This document shows, in pieces, positions 22,090-31,850 of a DNA stretch of 64,000 nt (position 1 is its first letter; each line of letters begins with the position of its first letter). Both the position numbers and the translations under genes were made by a program. The stretch is from an uncultured archaeon (GTDB lineage: Archaea > Asgardarchaeota > Heimdallarchaeia > Heimdallarchaeales > Heimdallarchaeaceae), in contig CAZHRF010000003.1 in NCBI GenBank assembly GCA_964534625.1, forward strand, positions 65,486 to 129,485, written 5' to 3'. Below the pieces are notes generated by a model. The model was not told the origin of the DNA, did no database searches, and saw nothing but the letters and a program-made list of their open reading frames with translations.

Positions 22090-22174
22090 GTATCTTTTAT
22101 ACAACAGTATCTTTTATACAACAGTATCTTTTATACAACAGTATCTTTTATACAACAGTATCTTTTATACAACA
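22090..22174. repeat. Perfect tandem repeat, 5 x 17 bp (GTATCTTTTATACAACA)
   Basis: Read directly: five identical head-to-tail units at 22090, 22107, 22124, 22141 and 22158, in the intergenic region between the RNase P candidate and the 3' end of dnaG. Confidence 0.95.
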
Positions 22175-22220
22175 TGATAAAATAATAAAAAAAAATACAG
22201 GAAAGGAATAGAAGAAAGTG

Positions 22221-23645
22221 TTACAAATTTTTATATTCAACAATTTTTAGTGCAGAGGGTTTTTTTGTTAAATCGCCCATTCTTGCACATATAATCATAG
22301 ATATACCCTTATTGTATGCAACCTCTAAAACTCGTTGGGTTGCTATCCCATCTAATATTAAAGTATTGGCTTTCTCAATTGATAAAAGCTCGTCGTATAT
22401 GTTTTTTGCTTCTGTCTTTAGAATTTGTTTCTGATTTTCATCAATCACAACAGCTTCTAATTTCTGTTTTATCTCTTTTAATGCAGCATCAAGATGATCA
22501 GGTAAATGTACTTTTCGTTCTTGATATCTTGCACTTCGATCTTTATATCTTTTTGATTGATATTTTGAAGACCTTGTTCTCTGTCCAGATTTTGAATACT
22601 TTGAACTTTTTTGAGATTTGGGTGGATGTCTATGTTTTGTAACGTGGGATGTGGTTTTTCTTGCCTCGTGTTTTACGTCCTTCTTTGGTTCTCTTTTTTG
22701 AACTTCTGGTTTTCTTTCTATTTTTGTAGGTTTTTCTTCTTCAATAACAAAAGTATTTTTTGCTTTTGTTTTCTTAATAAATTCTTTAACTGTCAGCCCT
22801 TCATGAGACCCAGTAAGAAATATAGCGTTTTTTACAGTAGTAGCATTATCTAAAGCTTCTTTAATTTCATCACTCTTTAAATCTTCCACTTCTTTTCCTT
22901 CTGGAGCACGAGCTACTTTATCAATATTGGCCACTTGTAAGAGTTCTTTTAATATTAAATCGCCACCTCTGTCCCCATCTAGAAAAGCAGTTACTGTTTT
23001 GTCTTTAAGTATTGATTTTAAAGATCTTGGAACGCTAGTTCCATCAACAGCGATTGTATTGTCGATTCCTACTTTTAACAAATTTATAATATCAGCTCTT
23101 CCTTCCACCAAAATTACTTTTGATGAAGTTTCAAATCCTCGTCCCGCAGTAATTTTTTCTTTACCCAACTTAATTACGGAACTAGGAGTTTTGGCTGATT
23201 TTTCAACTTCAGAAGTGATAGAAGATACAAAGGGACTAACATTCTGATCCCAATTTCTTATGATTTCAGAAGCTCGATTTACAATAGATTTACGTTTATC
23301 TACGCGTACATCAGTAATTTCTTGTAAATTTATTTGACAAGTACAAGGTCCCACTCGATCCACAGTTTCAATTGTTGCTGCAAGAATAGCTGTCTCCGTT
23401 CTAGCCAAACTCGTTGGAATTAAGATTGTTCCACTAGTTTTTCCTCTTGAACTTCTAAGTTCAACATTAATCCTACCTATCTTACCTGATTTTTGTAGTT
23501 CTCTAATATCTAATTCTTCACTTAAAAGGCCGTCTGTTTGACCATAAAGAGCCCCTATAATATCGGGGCGCTCTACAATCCCATCGACCTCAAAATGTGC
23601 TTTTATTTCATATTTTGTTGTTGAAGCGTCAGTTTTTGCGCCCAT
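22221..23645 (-). CDS. dnaG: Archaeal DnaG (TOPRIM primase-like, exosome-associated)
   Basis: N-terminal KYEIKAHFEVDGIVERPDIIGALYGQTDGLL is the archaeal DnaG signature. TOPRIM motifs VEGRADI and DGDRGGDLI are present. It contains an unusually basic insert of about 85 aa. Confidence 0.85.
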   Translation of the reverse strand: MGAKTDASTTKYEIKAHFEVDGIVERPDIIGALYGQTDGLLSEELDIRELQKSGKIGRINVELRSSRGKTSGTILIPTSLARTETAILAATIETVDRVGPCTCQINLQEITDVRVDKRKSIVNRASEIIRNWDQNVSPFVSSITSEVEKSAKTPSSVIKLGKEKITAGRGFETSSKVILVEGRADIINLLKVGIDNTIAVDGTSVPRSLKSILKDKTVTAFLDGDRGGDLILKELLQVANIDKVARAPEGKEVEDLKSDEIKEALDNATTVKNAIFLTGSHEGLTVKEFIKKTKAKNTFVIEEEKPTKIERKPEVQKREPKKDVKHEARKTTSHVTKHRHPPKSQKSSKYSKSGQRTRSSKYQSKRYKDRSARYQERKVHLPDHLDAALKEIKQKLEAVVIDENQKQILKTEAKNIYDELLSIEKANTLILDGIATQRVLEVAYNKGISMIICARMGDLTKKPSALKIVEYKNL

Positions 23646-24381
23646 TAAACATCACCTTTAATTGATTAATTAGTGTATTGCTACAAAAACAGAAGATTTT
23701 ACGCCCGTTCCCCTCTATCTCAGTAAGTCTATGTATAACAAATATGTCATACAAGTAACCTTTTGATTTTCTAGGTTTTTTTCTCTTGGTTTCATATAGT
23801 CTTCATAATGAATTGAATATGATATTTGAAATGATGAGCATAATTTATTAAATTAACTTATAATCTTATATACTCTCTGTTCTTGAAAGATTGCCATACA
23901 CTCTTATGATTATTTGTTTAAAGTTTTACAGTAATTTTATTTGTCTGAACTTTCAATATAGTTTTTCAGACCTCATGAAATATAAAACAAAGCATGTTAA
24001 AAAAGTTACTCATATATCACTCATGATACTTTACAAAGTATCGCCTAATTATACTTAATGTAAGCTAAAGTTACTTCACAAAAGTTTCGTTACCCCTTGA
24101 ATCATACGTTTTCTTAGTCATTTACAAACAAGAGGATTTTATTGACCACGCGAGAATACAGGATCAACTCATATGTCTCCTCATCGAACTCTTCTTGTTT
24201 CACAGCGGCTATTGTACGCTTTATTTTGATTATTGAGTATGAAAACTTATGTAACAAAATAGTACTAGACTTTTGTAAAGGCACTCTAATAGACTGGTTT
24301 AACCAGAAAAATATCACTCTAACTGAAATGTTGTTTCCAATTAGCCAAGATATTTATAGTTAATCCACTGATAATATTTTG

Positions 24382-24798
24382 ATGACAAACATTTATCTAT
24401 ATCTAGGAATTTTTTTAGGATTAATCTTTATAGGGATAATTTTATACTTAATTTTAAAAAAACAAGGTAAAGATACACATCCTGTAATTAGTCGATCTAA
24501 AGATATGATCATAATAATCAACCAACGAATAAACACAGTTTATAGGGAAATACAGCAAAAAGATAAAAAAGTTAATGAACTTGTAATGAAACAAGAAAAA
24601 ACTCAATCTTCAGAAAAAACGGAAAAAGTTTCCCAATTAAATACAGAAATACAAGAATTGATAGCAGATATTGAAGATTTAAACGAATTTAAGAACAATA
24701 TTGAGGAAAAAATTAAGAAGCCTAAAAGGATCAATATTGATGAATTACAAGAATATCTCACCTATGTTGCGGATAGAATTAAGTTTCGATATACTTAG
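24382..24798 (+). CDS. Small membrane-anchored coiled-coil protein
   Basis: N-terminal TM helix (IYLYLGIFLGLIFIGIILYLIL) followed by a K/E-rich helical region. No family recognised. Confidence 0.45.
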   Translation: MTNIYLYLGIFLGLIFIGIILYLILKKQGKDTHPVISRSKDMIIIINQRINTVYREIQQKDKKVNELVMKQEKTQSSEKTEKVSQLNTEIQELIADIEDLNEFKNNIEEKIKKPKRINIDELQEYLTYVADRIKFRYT

Positions 24799-24926
24799 TA
24801 GTCAATAAAGAAATAAAATATTATATTGGTTCCTCATTTTCTTTAACAATAAAAAAACATCCAACGAAATTTTTTTAATAGAGGTAAAAAGTTTGAAATA
24901 AGAACAAAGTATAGGTGACAAAAAGA

Positions 24927-25085
24927 ATGCCCGTAACCAACCCTGAATACCGTGCTATCGCCCGAAAACACTTAATGAACAAAAAAGTTTGCAGAAAATG
25001 TTATGCAACCAACTCAGCTAGAGCTGTAAAATGTAGAAAATGCAGATCTACTGAACTTAGAATGAAACGTTCTGATAGAAAATAG
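24927..25085 (+). CDS. rpl40e: Ribosomal protein L40e
   Basis: Not in the supplied ORF track (52 aa). My translation is MPVTNPEYRAIARKHLMNKKVCRKCYATNSARAVKCRKCRSTELRMKRSDRK, which is the L40e zinc-ribbon pattern (CRKC...CRKC). Confidence 0.85.
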   Translation: MPVTNPEYRAIARKHLMNKKVCRKCYATNSARAVKCRKCRSTELRMKRSDRK

Positions 25086-25209
25086 AAGCACAGATGATAC
25101 CAATTGTGATTTGTCACAATATTTAAATTACTCTTCATTCTCTTATAGAATAGAAAGGAGAGTGACTTTCGCAATGTTCTTTACTCCTATAATACTTCGG
25201 AGTGACTAA

Positions 25210-26124
25210 ATGAATTCCAGCACCGAGATTGATAATAAGAAATCTATGCTTAAAGAGAAGCGAGAACGTCTTTCTGAATTACGCTCGAACAAACGAGACT
25301 TAATTGATGAATTAAAAAGAACTAGTAAACTTCGTAATGAGAAACGTTCCTTACGTGATAAGTTGAATTTCCAAGCTAAAGAAGCATTTATTACTGCTAG
25401 AGAAAGCAGAAATAAAAGAGATCAAATTAACGAAGAGGTTCAAGTTCGAAAACAGATGAGGGATATTCTTCGTGAGGACGCAGAACGCATTAAGAAACGT
25501 TTAACTGAACTAAGTTCTCAGATGAAAGGATATGGACGAGGAAATAAAAATCATCGAGTATCTGAACGGATTAAACACTTAGAACGTCGTTTGGAAACTA
25601 CACCATTCCTAACAAAAGAAAAGGAAAGAGAGACATTACAACAGCTAGAAGAACTCAGCGAAGAATTTGAGAGATTAGAAGAATTTCGTGAACTTCGTGG
25701 AGAATTCCGAGAAATAAAAAGCAAGTTACGTAATATGCAAACAGAAATTAAAGCATATCATACTAGCGTTACTACATTAGCACAAGAATCTCAAGTTCAT
25801 CAAGAAAAGATGCTTGACTCAACAAAATCTGCTAAAAAGATTAAAGATGAAGCAGATAAAACTCATGCAGAAGTTATCGAGTATAGTAAAAGAATCAAAG
25901 AAATTCGAAATCAACTTGATCAAATATCAGCTGAGATAAGGAAAATCTCTAGCGAAGTACAAGATAAATCCCAGGCTATGAGAATAGCACGTAAAACACA
26001 CGCTAAAAGAGCCAGAGAGAGAAGACTCGATGTTAAAGCTGAAGAGATATTGTCAAAATACAAAGATGGCGATAATCTGACTTTAGATGAGTTTAAGGTC
26101 TTAATGGAAAGAGGATTGATTTAG
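25210..26124 (+). CDS. Conserved archaeal coiled-coil protein (COG1340-like)
   Basis: 304 aa, almost entirely R/K/E-rich heptad-like sequence. GGAGTGA precedes the ATG. The family assignment is from memory of the COG1340 architecture. Confidence 0.55.
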   Translation: MNSSTEIDNKKSMLKEKRERLSELRSNKRDLIDELKRTSKLRNEKRSLRDKLNFQAKEAFITARESRNKRDQINEEVQVRKQMRDILREDAERIKKRLTELSSQMKGYGRGNKNHRVSERIKHLERRLETTPFLTKEKERETLQQLEELSEEFERLEEFRELRGEFREIKSKLRNMQTEIKAYHTSVTTLAQESQVHQEKMLDSTKSAKKIKDEADKTHAEVIEYSKRIKEIRNQLDQISAEIRKISSEVQDKSQAMRIARKTHAKRARERRLDVKAEEILSKYKDGDNLTLDEFKVLMERGLI

Positions 26125-26256
26125 TTCGCTATATTAACGTTTATTTTTGTTTTTATTTTATTTTATTTTCATATAAGAGGTAAATAATTTAACTCGTTAT
26201 ACAAAATTTTTAAATCTAAACAAATTGTTGTCTTTTATAGCGGGTTAGTAAGACTA

Positions 26257-26760
26257 ATGAAACTTCCAATATGCACCATAGATGCACGAACAGGTAGTTT
26301 GTGTGCAAAGTGTAAAAAAGCACTAAGACAGGGGGATATAACAGAAACAGATATTGAGATATCTGAGGAACTTGTATCTTTAGCCAAAACCAATAAAGAC
26401 TTAAGTTCAATAAAAGTATATTCTTGCATTGATTTAAGCGATACAATATTAGTATTAACAAAAGATACAGATATACCGATATTATCTTCTCCCAGCATCA
26501 AAAACAGACTTGAAAATAGAGTTCACAAGAAGATCCGTTTTTTACAAAAAACAAATGATCCAAAGAAAATAGTTGAGAAATTGATTGCACCAATACCAGT
26601 CATAGCTGTTACAATACTGTTCTTACCTCCCTTCAGCGAAAAGGAATACAAAATAGAGATTGATAAAAAATACAGAAATCAGCTACCTATTACAAAAGAG
26701 ACCATAGTAAAGACAGTTTCTTCAATACTAGATACTGCGGCTTATTTAGAGTTTGTTTAG
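26257..26760 (+). CDS. Hypothetical protein with an N-terminal Cys cluster
   Basis: The N-terminal PICTIDARTGSLCAKCKK (C-x8-C-x2-C) suggests a small zinc-binding module. The rest is unassigned. Confidence 0.45.
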   Translation: MKLPICTIDARTGSLCAKCKKALRQGDITETDIEISEELVSLAKTNKDLSSIKVYSCIDLSDTILVLTKDTDIPILSSPSIKNRLENRVHKKIRFLQKTNDPKKIVEKLIAPIPVIAVTILFLPPFSEKEYKIEIDKKYRNQLPITKETIVKTVSSILDTAAYLEFV

Positions 26761-26835
26761 TCATTTAACTTAAATTTTTTTTAAAACTTAGATATAACAT
26801 CACCCATTTAAAGGTAATATAGATAAAAAGAAGGA

Positions 26836-28089
26836 TTAGTACTTGAAAAATTCTTTTAATAGTACAGTGGCATATGATCCCTTCTTTAGTCTAAAATCAA
26901 GAGTTGTTTTTGTCATATTTTCATTTAATTCATCATGATTTATATTATGAATTTTTAGATCTTGAATTTTCATTAATATATTACGATATGTTCCTTTTGC
27001 TCCTAATTTTTTAGCTAACTGCGAATCAAAACTTTTAAGTGTTATATTTTCAGTCTCTAATATCCTTTGGTATATTTCAGCTGAATCACCCTTTAAATCC
27101 ACCTTAGATCCAATTATAGGTGCATATACTTCGCCATCCCTCTTAACTTCACCTTTCAATGGTTCTGAAAATGGTTGATTATATTCAAGCATTCTTATTT
27201 TTAGATATTTGTTAAATAACGCTGACTGATATGCGTGTATAAACAATTTTCTTAAACCATAAGATAGAGAATTAAATGCTTGAATGTAATCCATTTGTGT
27301 TTCCACCAATTTTTTAAGCAACTTTCTTTCTATTTTTAAGTAAGCAGGAAAATGCTTCAAACTAACTTTAGGGTCTTGATTTTCTAAATACGCCATTCTT
27401 GCTTTTTTTGCTTCTTCAGGTTCATTTTCGAATACTGTCCCAATATAGCTTTTTACAGCTTCTTCAACAGTATTATCAAGAAGCTTTCTTCCAACAATAT
27501 GAGTAATTGGTCTTGTTTTACCAAACCTCTGATAACCAAACGCATTAGGTACTCCACCAAAGCGAGAAATCTCATTAAGTCCTGCACCTATAATTTTCCT
27601 TATTGCGGGTTCTTCATGTTTGAGATTTCGTATTGTTATTTCAAATTTGTTTCCCCAGAGATTACCTAACCTTTGTTCTCTCATTCTAAAACATAAAGAA
27701 TGCGTTTTTATCTTTGATAAGTCAATAGGTTTCAAGTCTCCTTTTTCAACTCTTTTTCTAACACCCCATAAAGATACTCTTTGTGCAGTAAGAGCTCTTT
27801 TATCTTTAGTTCCAGCGATACCAAAATCATTTATTGGTACAGACCATAACTTTGACAGTAGAGATAATGCAGATTCAGTAGAGATGTCCTTTTTTACTAA
27901 AACAAAATGAAGAAATAAGCCTGATCGACCAGGTAGATTAATAATCTGTTCACTTTTTGGATCAAGAATTTGCCCATTTGGCAAAATTTCAGAGACCATA
28001 AAATCTCTTGGTATTTGTTTAATAATCCCCCTCAGCTGATTTACATCCACAATACGGGGGGGATAAATAACGGTTTGCTCTCCAAACAT
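26836..28089 (-). CDS. truD: tRNA pseudouridine synthase TruD/Pus7 family
   Basis: GIAGTKDKRALTAQ contains the catalytic Asp motif GxKDxxAxTxQ of TruD. Length and the NAFGYQRFG motif fit. Confidence 0.85.
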   Translation of the reverse strand: MFGEQTVIYPPRIVDVNQLRGIIKQIPRDFMVSEILPNGQILDPKSEQIINLPGRSGLFLHFVLVKKDISTESALSLLSKLWSVPINDFGIAGTKDKRALTAQRVSLWGVRKRVEKGDLKPIDLSKIKTHSLCFRMREQRLGNLWGNKFEITIRNLKHEEPAIRKIIGAGLNEISRFGGVPNAFGYQRFGKTRPITHIVGRKLLDNTVEEAVKSYIGTVFENEPEEAKKARMAYLENQDPKVSLKHFPAYLKIERKLLKKLVETQMDYIQAFNSLSYGLRKLFIHAYQSALFNKYLKIRMLEYNQPFSEPLKGEVKRDGEVYAPIIGSKVDLKGDSAEIYQRILETENITLKSFDSQLAKKLGAKGTYRNILMKIQDLKIHNINHDELNENMTKTTLDFRLKKGSYATVLLKEFFKY

Positions 28090-28100
28090 TTTATTTCATC

Positions 28101-28469
28101 CTATAAGAGTTTTAAATTACCTGTTATCCTATCGACTGTAGCTTCAAGTGCGGGTCCAATTGCTATTACAGTTGTTGTACCTGGAGTTAATTCGGTTAAA
28201 CCAGCGTCATTTATTACAGAGTATGGGAGATTTGCTTGGTGTGCCTTTGTCGCTAGATCTTTTACGTCATTTTCTGTTCTTACTTTAACAGTAACTTTTT
28301 TTTGCCCTTCTCTAATCCAATTTGCGACCCAATCGGGATTGTGCCGTTTAGCAACAATATAAGCAGAAACAGACCCATGAGCTACTTGGACAGCTGTTTT
28401 TCCCTTCGACATTTTTAAATCAGTTCTAACTGCAATTACTTGTTTATAATTGAATCTTCGCATATTCAA
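28101..28469 (-). CDS. pth2: Peptidyl-tRNA hydrolase, archaeal/eukaryotic type (Pth2)
   Basis: KQVIAVRTDLKMSKGKTAVQVAHGSV and DAGLTELTPGTTTVIAIGP are typical Pth2 blocks. The size (122 aa) fits. Confidence 0.85.
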   Translation of the reverse strand: MNMRRFNYKQVIAVRTDLKMSKGKTAVQVAHGSVSAYIVAKRHNPDWVANWIREGQKKVTVKVRTENDVKDLATKAHQANLPYSVINDAGLTELTPGTTTVIAIGPALEATVDRITGNLKLL

Positions 28470-28596
28470 ATACCAATTGCTATATCTAAATATCTATTAA
28501 GAGCATTGTTGTTTATGACAAATAAGATTTGCATATCTTAAAAACAAACAGTATGTTTTTTAACATTTATCAGAGATAGTTATTGTGTGATATACA

Positions 28597-29808
28597 ATGC
28601 ATGTTGAGGTGTCAGTTGTTGGCGGTGGACCAGCTGGCTTACTAACAGCCCTTAATATAGGTTTAGAAGGCCATCAGGTGCACTTGTTTGAATCTAAAGA
28701 AACCATAGGAAAAACAGAACATTGTGCGGGACTTCTCAGTCTTGATGGTTTAGATAAAATCGGACTAGATGCTTTACCATCAGGGATTATACAGAATGAT
28801 AATATTTTAGGAGGAAAATTATACTCTCCAACAGGTAGAGAATTGATAGTAAAAAAAAGTCAATCTCATGCTATTGTTGTAAATCGCGCTAGATTTGATC
28901 AATATCTTGCTAATTTGGCTCAACAAAACAATGTAATAATTCATACATCATCACGAGTTGTTAACATAAATAGAAAAAAGAACAATTTAGAACTCATACT
29001 TGGAAGAAAAAAAGAGTATTCAAAATTTTCATCAAATTTGGCGATATTAGCAGAGGGAAGATTTCCAAGACTAAATTCTAAAGTGGGATTACCCGTCCCT
29101 AGAAAGAGTGATATCGTATTTACCACACAATTCCTTGTTAGTAACATTAATAATTTAGACCCACAATTCGTTGAGCTCTTTCAGACAAATCAATATGCAC
29201 CGGGATTTTTTGCTTGGATTATACCTATAAGTAAAACAACAGCAAAGATTGGTTTAGGTTCAGTAAACAGACCAACAAAGAATTATTTGGAACAGTTCAT
29301 GTATAATCATCCTTCAGTAAAAGACAGATTATACAATGCCAAAATCCTTCAGAAAATGAGTGGTGCCATTCCTTTAGGAGGCCCCATTAAACGAACATAT
29401 ACAGATAATGTCCTTATTGTTGGTGACGCAGCAAGTCAAACAAAACCAACAACAGGGGGAGGAGTTGTATTTGGAGGAATAGCTGCTTTACACGCCGCAA
29501 ATATTACAATTCAAGCCATAAAAGAACAAGATTATTCATCAAAAATCTTATCAAATTATGAAAAGGCTTGGAAAAAAAACCTGAAAAAAGAATTGTTTTA
29601 TATGAGATGTGTTAGAAAGTATTTGAATTGTATTTCAGATAAAGACACAGACAGACTCTTTGAGCTACTGAATGATTCAAAGATAAAAGATCTTTTTACC
29701 AATTATGGTCATGTTGATAATCAACGAAAAATTGTCCAAAAATGTCTTCTTGAACCACGATTATGGCCATTTATTCTCAAAACTGGCCTAAAATTTCTGT
29801 TTTCATGA
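28597..29808 (+). CDS. Geranylgeranyl reductase family flavoprotein
   Basis: N-terminal VVGGGPAGL FAD motif, GDAA(S)Q and PTTGGG motifs, about 400 aa, as in archaeal lipid and menaquinone saturases. Confidence 0.8.
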   Translation: MHVEVSVVGGGPAGLLTALNIGLEGHQVHLFESKETIGKTEHCAGLLSLDGLDKIGLDALPSGIIQNDNILGGKLYSPTGRELIVKKSQSHAIVVNRARFDQYLANLAQQNNVIIHTSSRVVNINRKKNNLELILGRKKEYSKFSSNLAILAEGRFPRLNSKVGLPVPRKSDIVFTTQFLVSNINNLDPQFVELFQTNQYAPGFFAWIIPISKTTAKIGLGSVNRPTKNYLEQFMYNHPSVKDRLYNAKILQKMSGAIPLGGPIKRTYTDNVLIVGDAASQTKPTTGGGVVFGGIAALHAANITIQAIKEQDYSSKILSNYEKAWKKNLKKELFYMRCVRKYLNCISDKDTDRLFELLNDSKIKDLFTNYGHVDNQRKIVQKCLLEPRLWPFILKTGLKFLFS

Positions 29809-29965
29809 TAAACATATATAACACTTTTTTTATTCAGAGGACTAAGTTCATTCAAAGACAACATATATATTAGTAAAGCTTATATGTAAAATCAAGAAGA
29901 TACACGTGTTACAATAATATTAGTTAACTACTACGTATCAAATACTCTTATAAAGGAAGATTTTC

Positions 29966-31132
29966 ATGAGCGGATTCTCCCCTACTTGGACATCAAAAGG
30001 CAGTGACAAGCTTAGAGCTTTACAAGTAACAAAAATTTTGATGAACACATTAAAAAGATTAATTCTATCTTTTGACTTATCTGATGATAAAAATCAAAGT
30101 TTTTTAATTTCAACAATAGCAAATACTATTTATACCCACTTTACTCCTAATAAGGATCTAAAAATTGAAGAGCAATATTCGATGTTGCTAGAATTTTTAG
30201 GATGGAAAACAATGTCATTTGAAAGACAGAAAGATATAACTTTAGTCAAACTAGGTGCCAACAGGTACTTGTCTTCTAACACAAAAGATCAATCTTATCT
30301 TATCTTGATATCGGGAATAATATCTGCATTAGGATATTATATTTATGAATCCAATGTTGTCTTAGAAGAAGTTCCTAGTCAATTCGATAGTAAACAAATA
30401 GAGATAGTTTTACGAAAAATTGATGAAGATATCCCTACAGAAGGTGAATTATCAAATAAAATAACAGCCACCATCCCATCTAAAAAAAGCAAAAAATCCA
30501 CGTTTGACACTAAAGAGACTAAAATAGAGAAAAAACAAACAGAAGAAACAATAACTGAAAAAGATTTAAGAGTCAATATTGATCTTTCATTAGAAAATGC
30601 CTTTAATCCTTTTCTAGAAGAATATCCCCTATCTAAAGTCTTGCCAATATTCCACAAAGTTTTAGCAGAGATAGTAACTACTTATTTCCGTGAAATCGAA
30701 GGAATTCAGGTACAGAAAGCTAAAAAAGAATTTACAGAAATACATATTTTATTTTTAATTGAATTTATCTTACTAAATGCGAAAGATACAAATCAGAACA
30801 TATCAGAAATCGCAAAAATGGTTGGAGAATATACAATTAAAGCATTGGAATCACAAACGGGTGAGAATCTTAGTGATTATTTGCCTAAAGAAATTACTTC
30901 AACAATATCGCGCAGAGTATCTTATGTTGAGTTCCCAGCTAGGGCATATTGTTTTCTACGAGCCGGTGAGAAGTGTGTTTCTGGAAAGAGAGATTTATGC
31001 GACTTCATACTTTGTATGTGGGAAGGAATGCTGAAAGTACTTAAGGCAGATAAACGATTTAACCTTGGGGAAAGAATACCTGCTACGCGAAGAGGAAAAT
31101 TCTGTCTTGCTGAGTTTTTAAAAGGTAATTAA
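29966..31132 (+). CDS. Hypothetical protein with a Cys-rich, possibly V4R-like, C-terminal domain
   Basis: Two globular halves separated by a K/E/T-rich linker. The C-terminus carries CFLRAGEKC...C...C...C. The V4R resemblance is a weak impression only. Confidence 0.4.
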   Translation: MSGFSPTWTSKGSDKLRALQVTKILMNTLKRLILSFDLSDDKNQSFLISTIANTIYTHFTPNKDLKIEEQYSMLLEFLGWKTMSFERQKDITLVKLGANRYLSSNTKDQSYLILISGIISALGYYIYESNVVLEEVPSQFDSKQIEIVLRKIDEDIPTEGELSNKITATIPSKKSKKSTFDTKETKIEKKQTEETITEKDLRVNIDLSLENAFNPFLEEYPLSKVLPIFHKVLAEIVTTYFREIEGIQVQKAKKEFTEIHILFLIEFILLNAKDTNQNISEIAKMVGEYTIKALESQTGENLSDYLPKEITSTISRRVSYVEFPARAYCFLRAGEKCVSGKRDLCDFILCMWEGMLKVLKADKRFNLGERIPATRRGKFCLAEFLKGN

Positions 31133-31383
31133 AAAATAAAAGTAAACATTAACATATAAATTGATTAAATGAAAACAGTAGTTGGTAGTATTTTTCTAGT
31201 CTTTCTTGTTCCTTAAATCAACAAAAAGTTCAAAGAGTGTAACCACACGATCTATCATAAAGGAACTAACACCTCTAGTAGCTTTTTTTGTTTTTTAGCA
31301 TTTTAAATTAAAAAACATTAGATTCAAAAACCTTAAAACAAGTATTTTTTTTTATCACAAAAGAGATGAAATTGTGATTTATT

Positions 31384-31566
31384 ATGAGTAAAGAGATCAA
31401 TATATCGAGATGTACTTCTTGTAATTCATTAATTAGCCCTTCAGAAGAAGGCGCAACAAGATTTCGTTGTCCTAATTGTGGTGAAGTAATGATTATTCGA
31501 TGTTCCAAATGCAGACTTTTTGGAAATGACTATGTTTGTCCAAAATGTAATTTTGAAGGTCCATAA
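31384..31566 (+). CDS. Zn-ribbon protein (COG2888-like) upstream of aEF-1beta
   Basis: Four CxxC pairs (CTSC, CPNC, CSKC, CPKC) in 60 aa. This small zinc-ribbon gene classically precedes aEF-1beta in archaea. Confidence 0.7.
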   Translation: MSKEINISRCTSCNSLISPSEEGATRFRCPNCGEVMIIRCSKCRLFGNDYVCPKCNFEGP

Positions 31567-31577
31567 AGGTGATAACT

Positions 31578-31847
31578 ATGGCAGAAGTATTGTTAGTATA
31601 TGAAGTTCGTCCTGAGAGCCCAGAAATAGACCCCAGTACACTAGCAGAAAAAATTAGAAAGGATTTACCTGCTAAATACAAAATGCAAAATCAGATTGAA
31701 GTAAAACCTTTGTTTTTTGGTATAAACGGATTTGTTGGTCAGTTTATCATGCCAGAGGAAGATGGAGATCAAGATGAGCTAGAAGAATATTTAAATGGAT
31801 TTGAAGGCGTATCTTCAATACAATTATCTTATACAACGCGCTTATAA
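31578..31847 (+). CDS. ef1b: Translation elongation factor aEF-1beta
   Basis: MAEVLLVYEVRPESPEIDPSTLAEKIR...KPLFFGINGF...LSYTTRL matches aEF-1beta in length and pattern. The ATG at 31578 is preferred over 31569. Confidence 0.85.
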   Translation: MAEVLLVYEVRPESPEIDPSTLAEKIRKDLPAKYKMQNQIEVKPLFFGINGFVGQFIMPEEDGDQDELEEYLNGFEGVSSIQLSYTTRL

Positions 31848-31850
31848 ATT

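Noticed and set aside
22090-22174. Possible CRISPR array
   Set aside because: The units are contiguous with no spacers, the unit is only 17 bp, and no cas genes are nearby. It is a plain tandem repeat.
22077-22187. Short ORF reading through the tandem repeat (MNLISIFYTTVSFIQQYLLYN...)
   Set aside because: About 36 codons, no ribosome-binding context, and a periodic sequence produced by the repeat itself. It is unlikely to be coding.
22316-23247. Three plus-strand ORFs (108, 80 and 106 aa)
   Set aside because: All are antisense to dnaG, whose identity is clear. None has a motif.
24114-24363. Overlapping 67-aa (minus) and 73-aa (plus) ORFs in the 730-bp dnaG-upstream gap
   Set aside because: They are mutually antisense, with no motifs and no start context. 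The region looks like AT-rich promoter or intergenic DNA.
25103-25120. Perfect 7-bp inverted repeat ATTGTGA-N4-TCACAAT right after the L40e stop, abutting a TTTAAAT box
   Set aside because: It could be an operator or an end-of-transcript hairpin. A single small palindrome in AT-rich DNA is not distinguishable from chance without comparative data.
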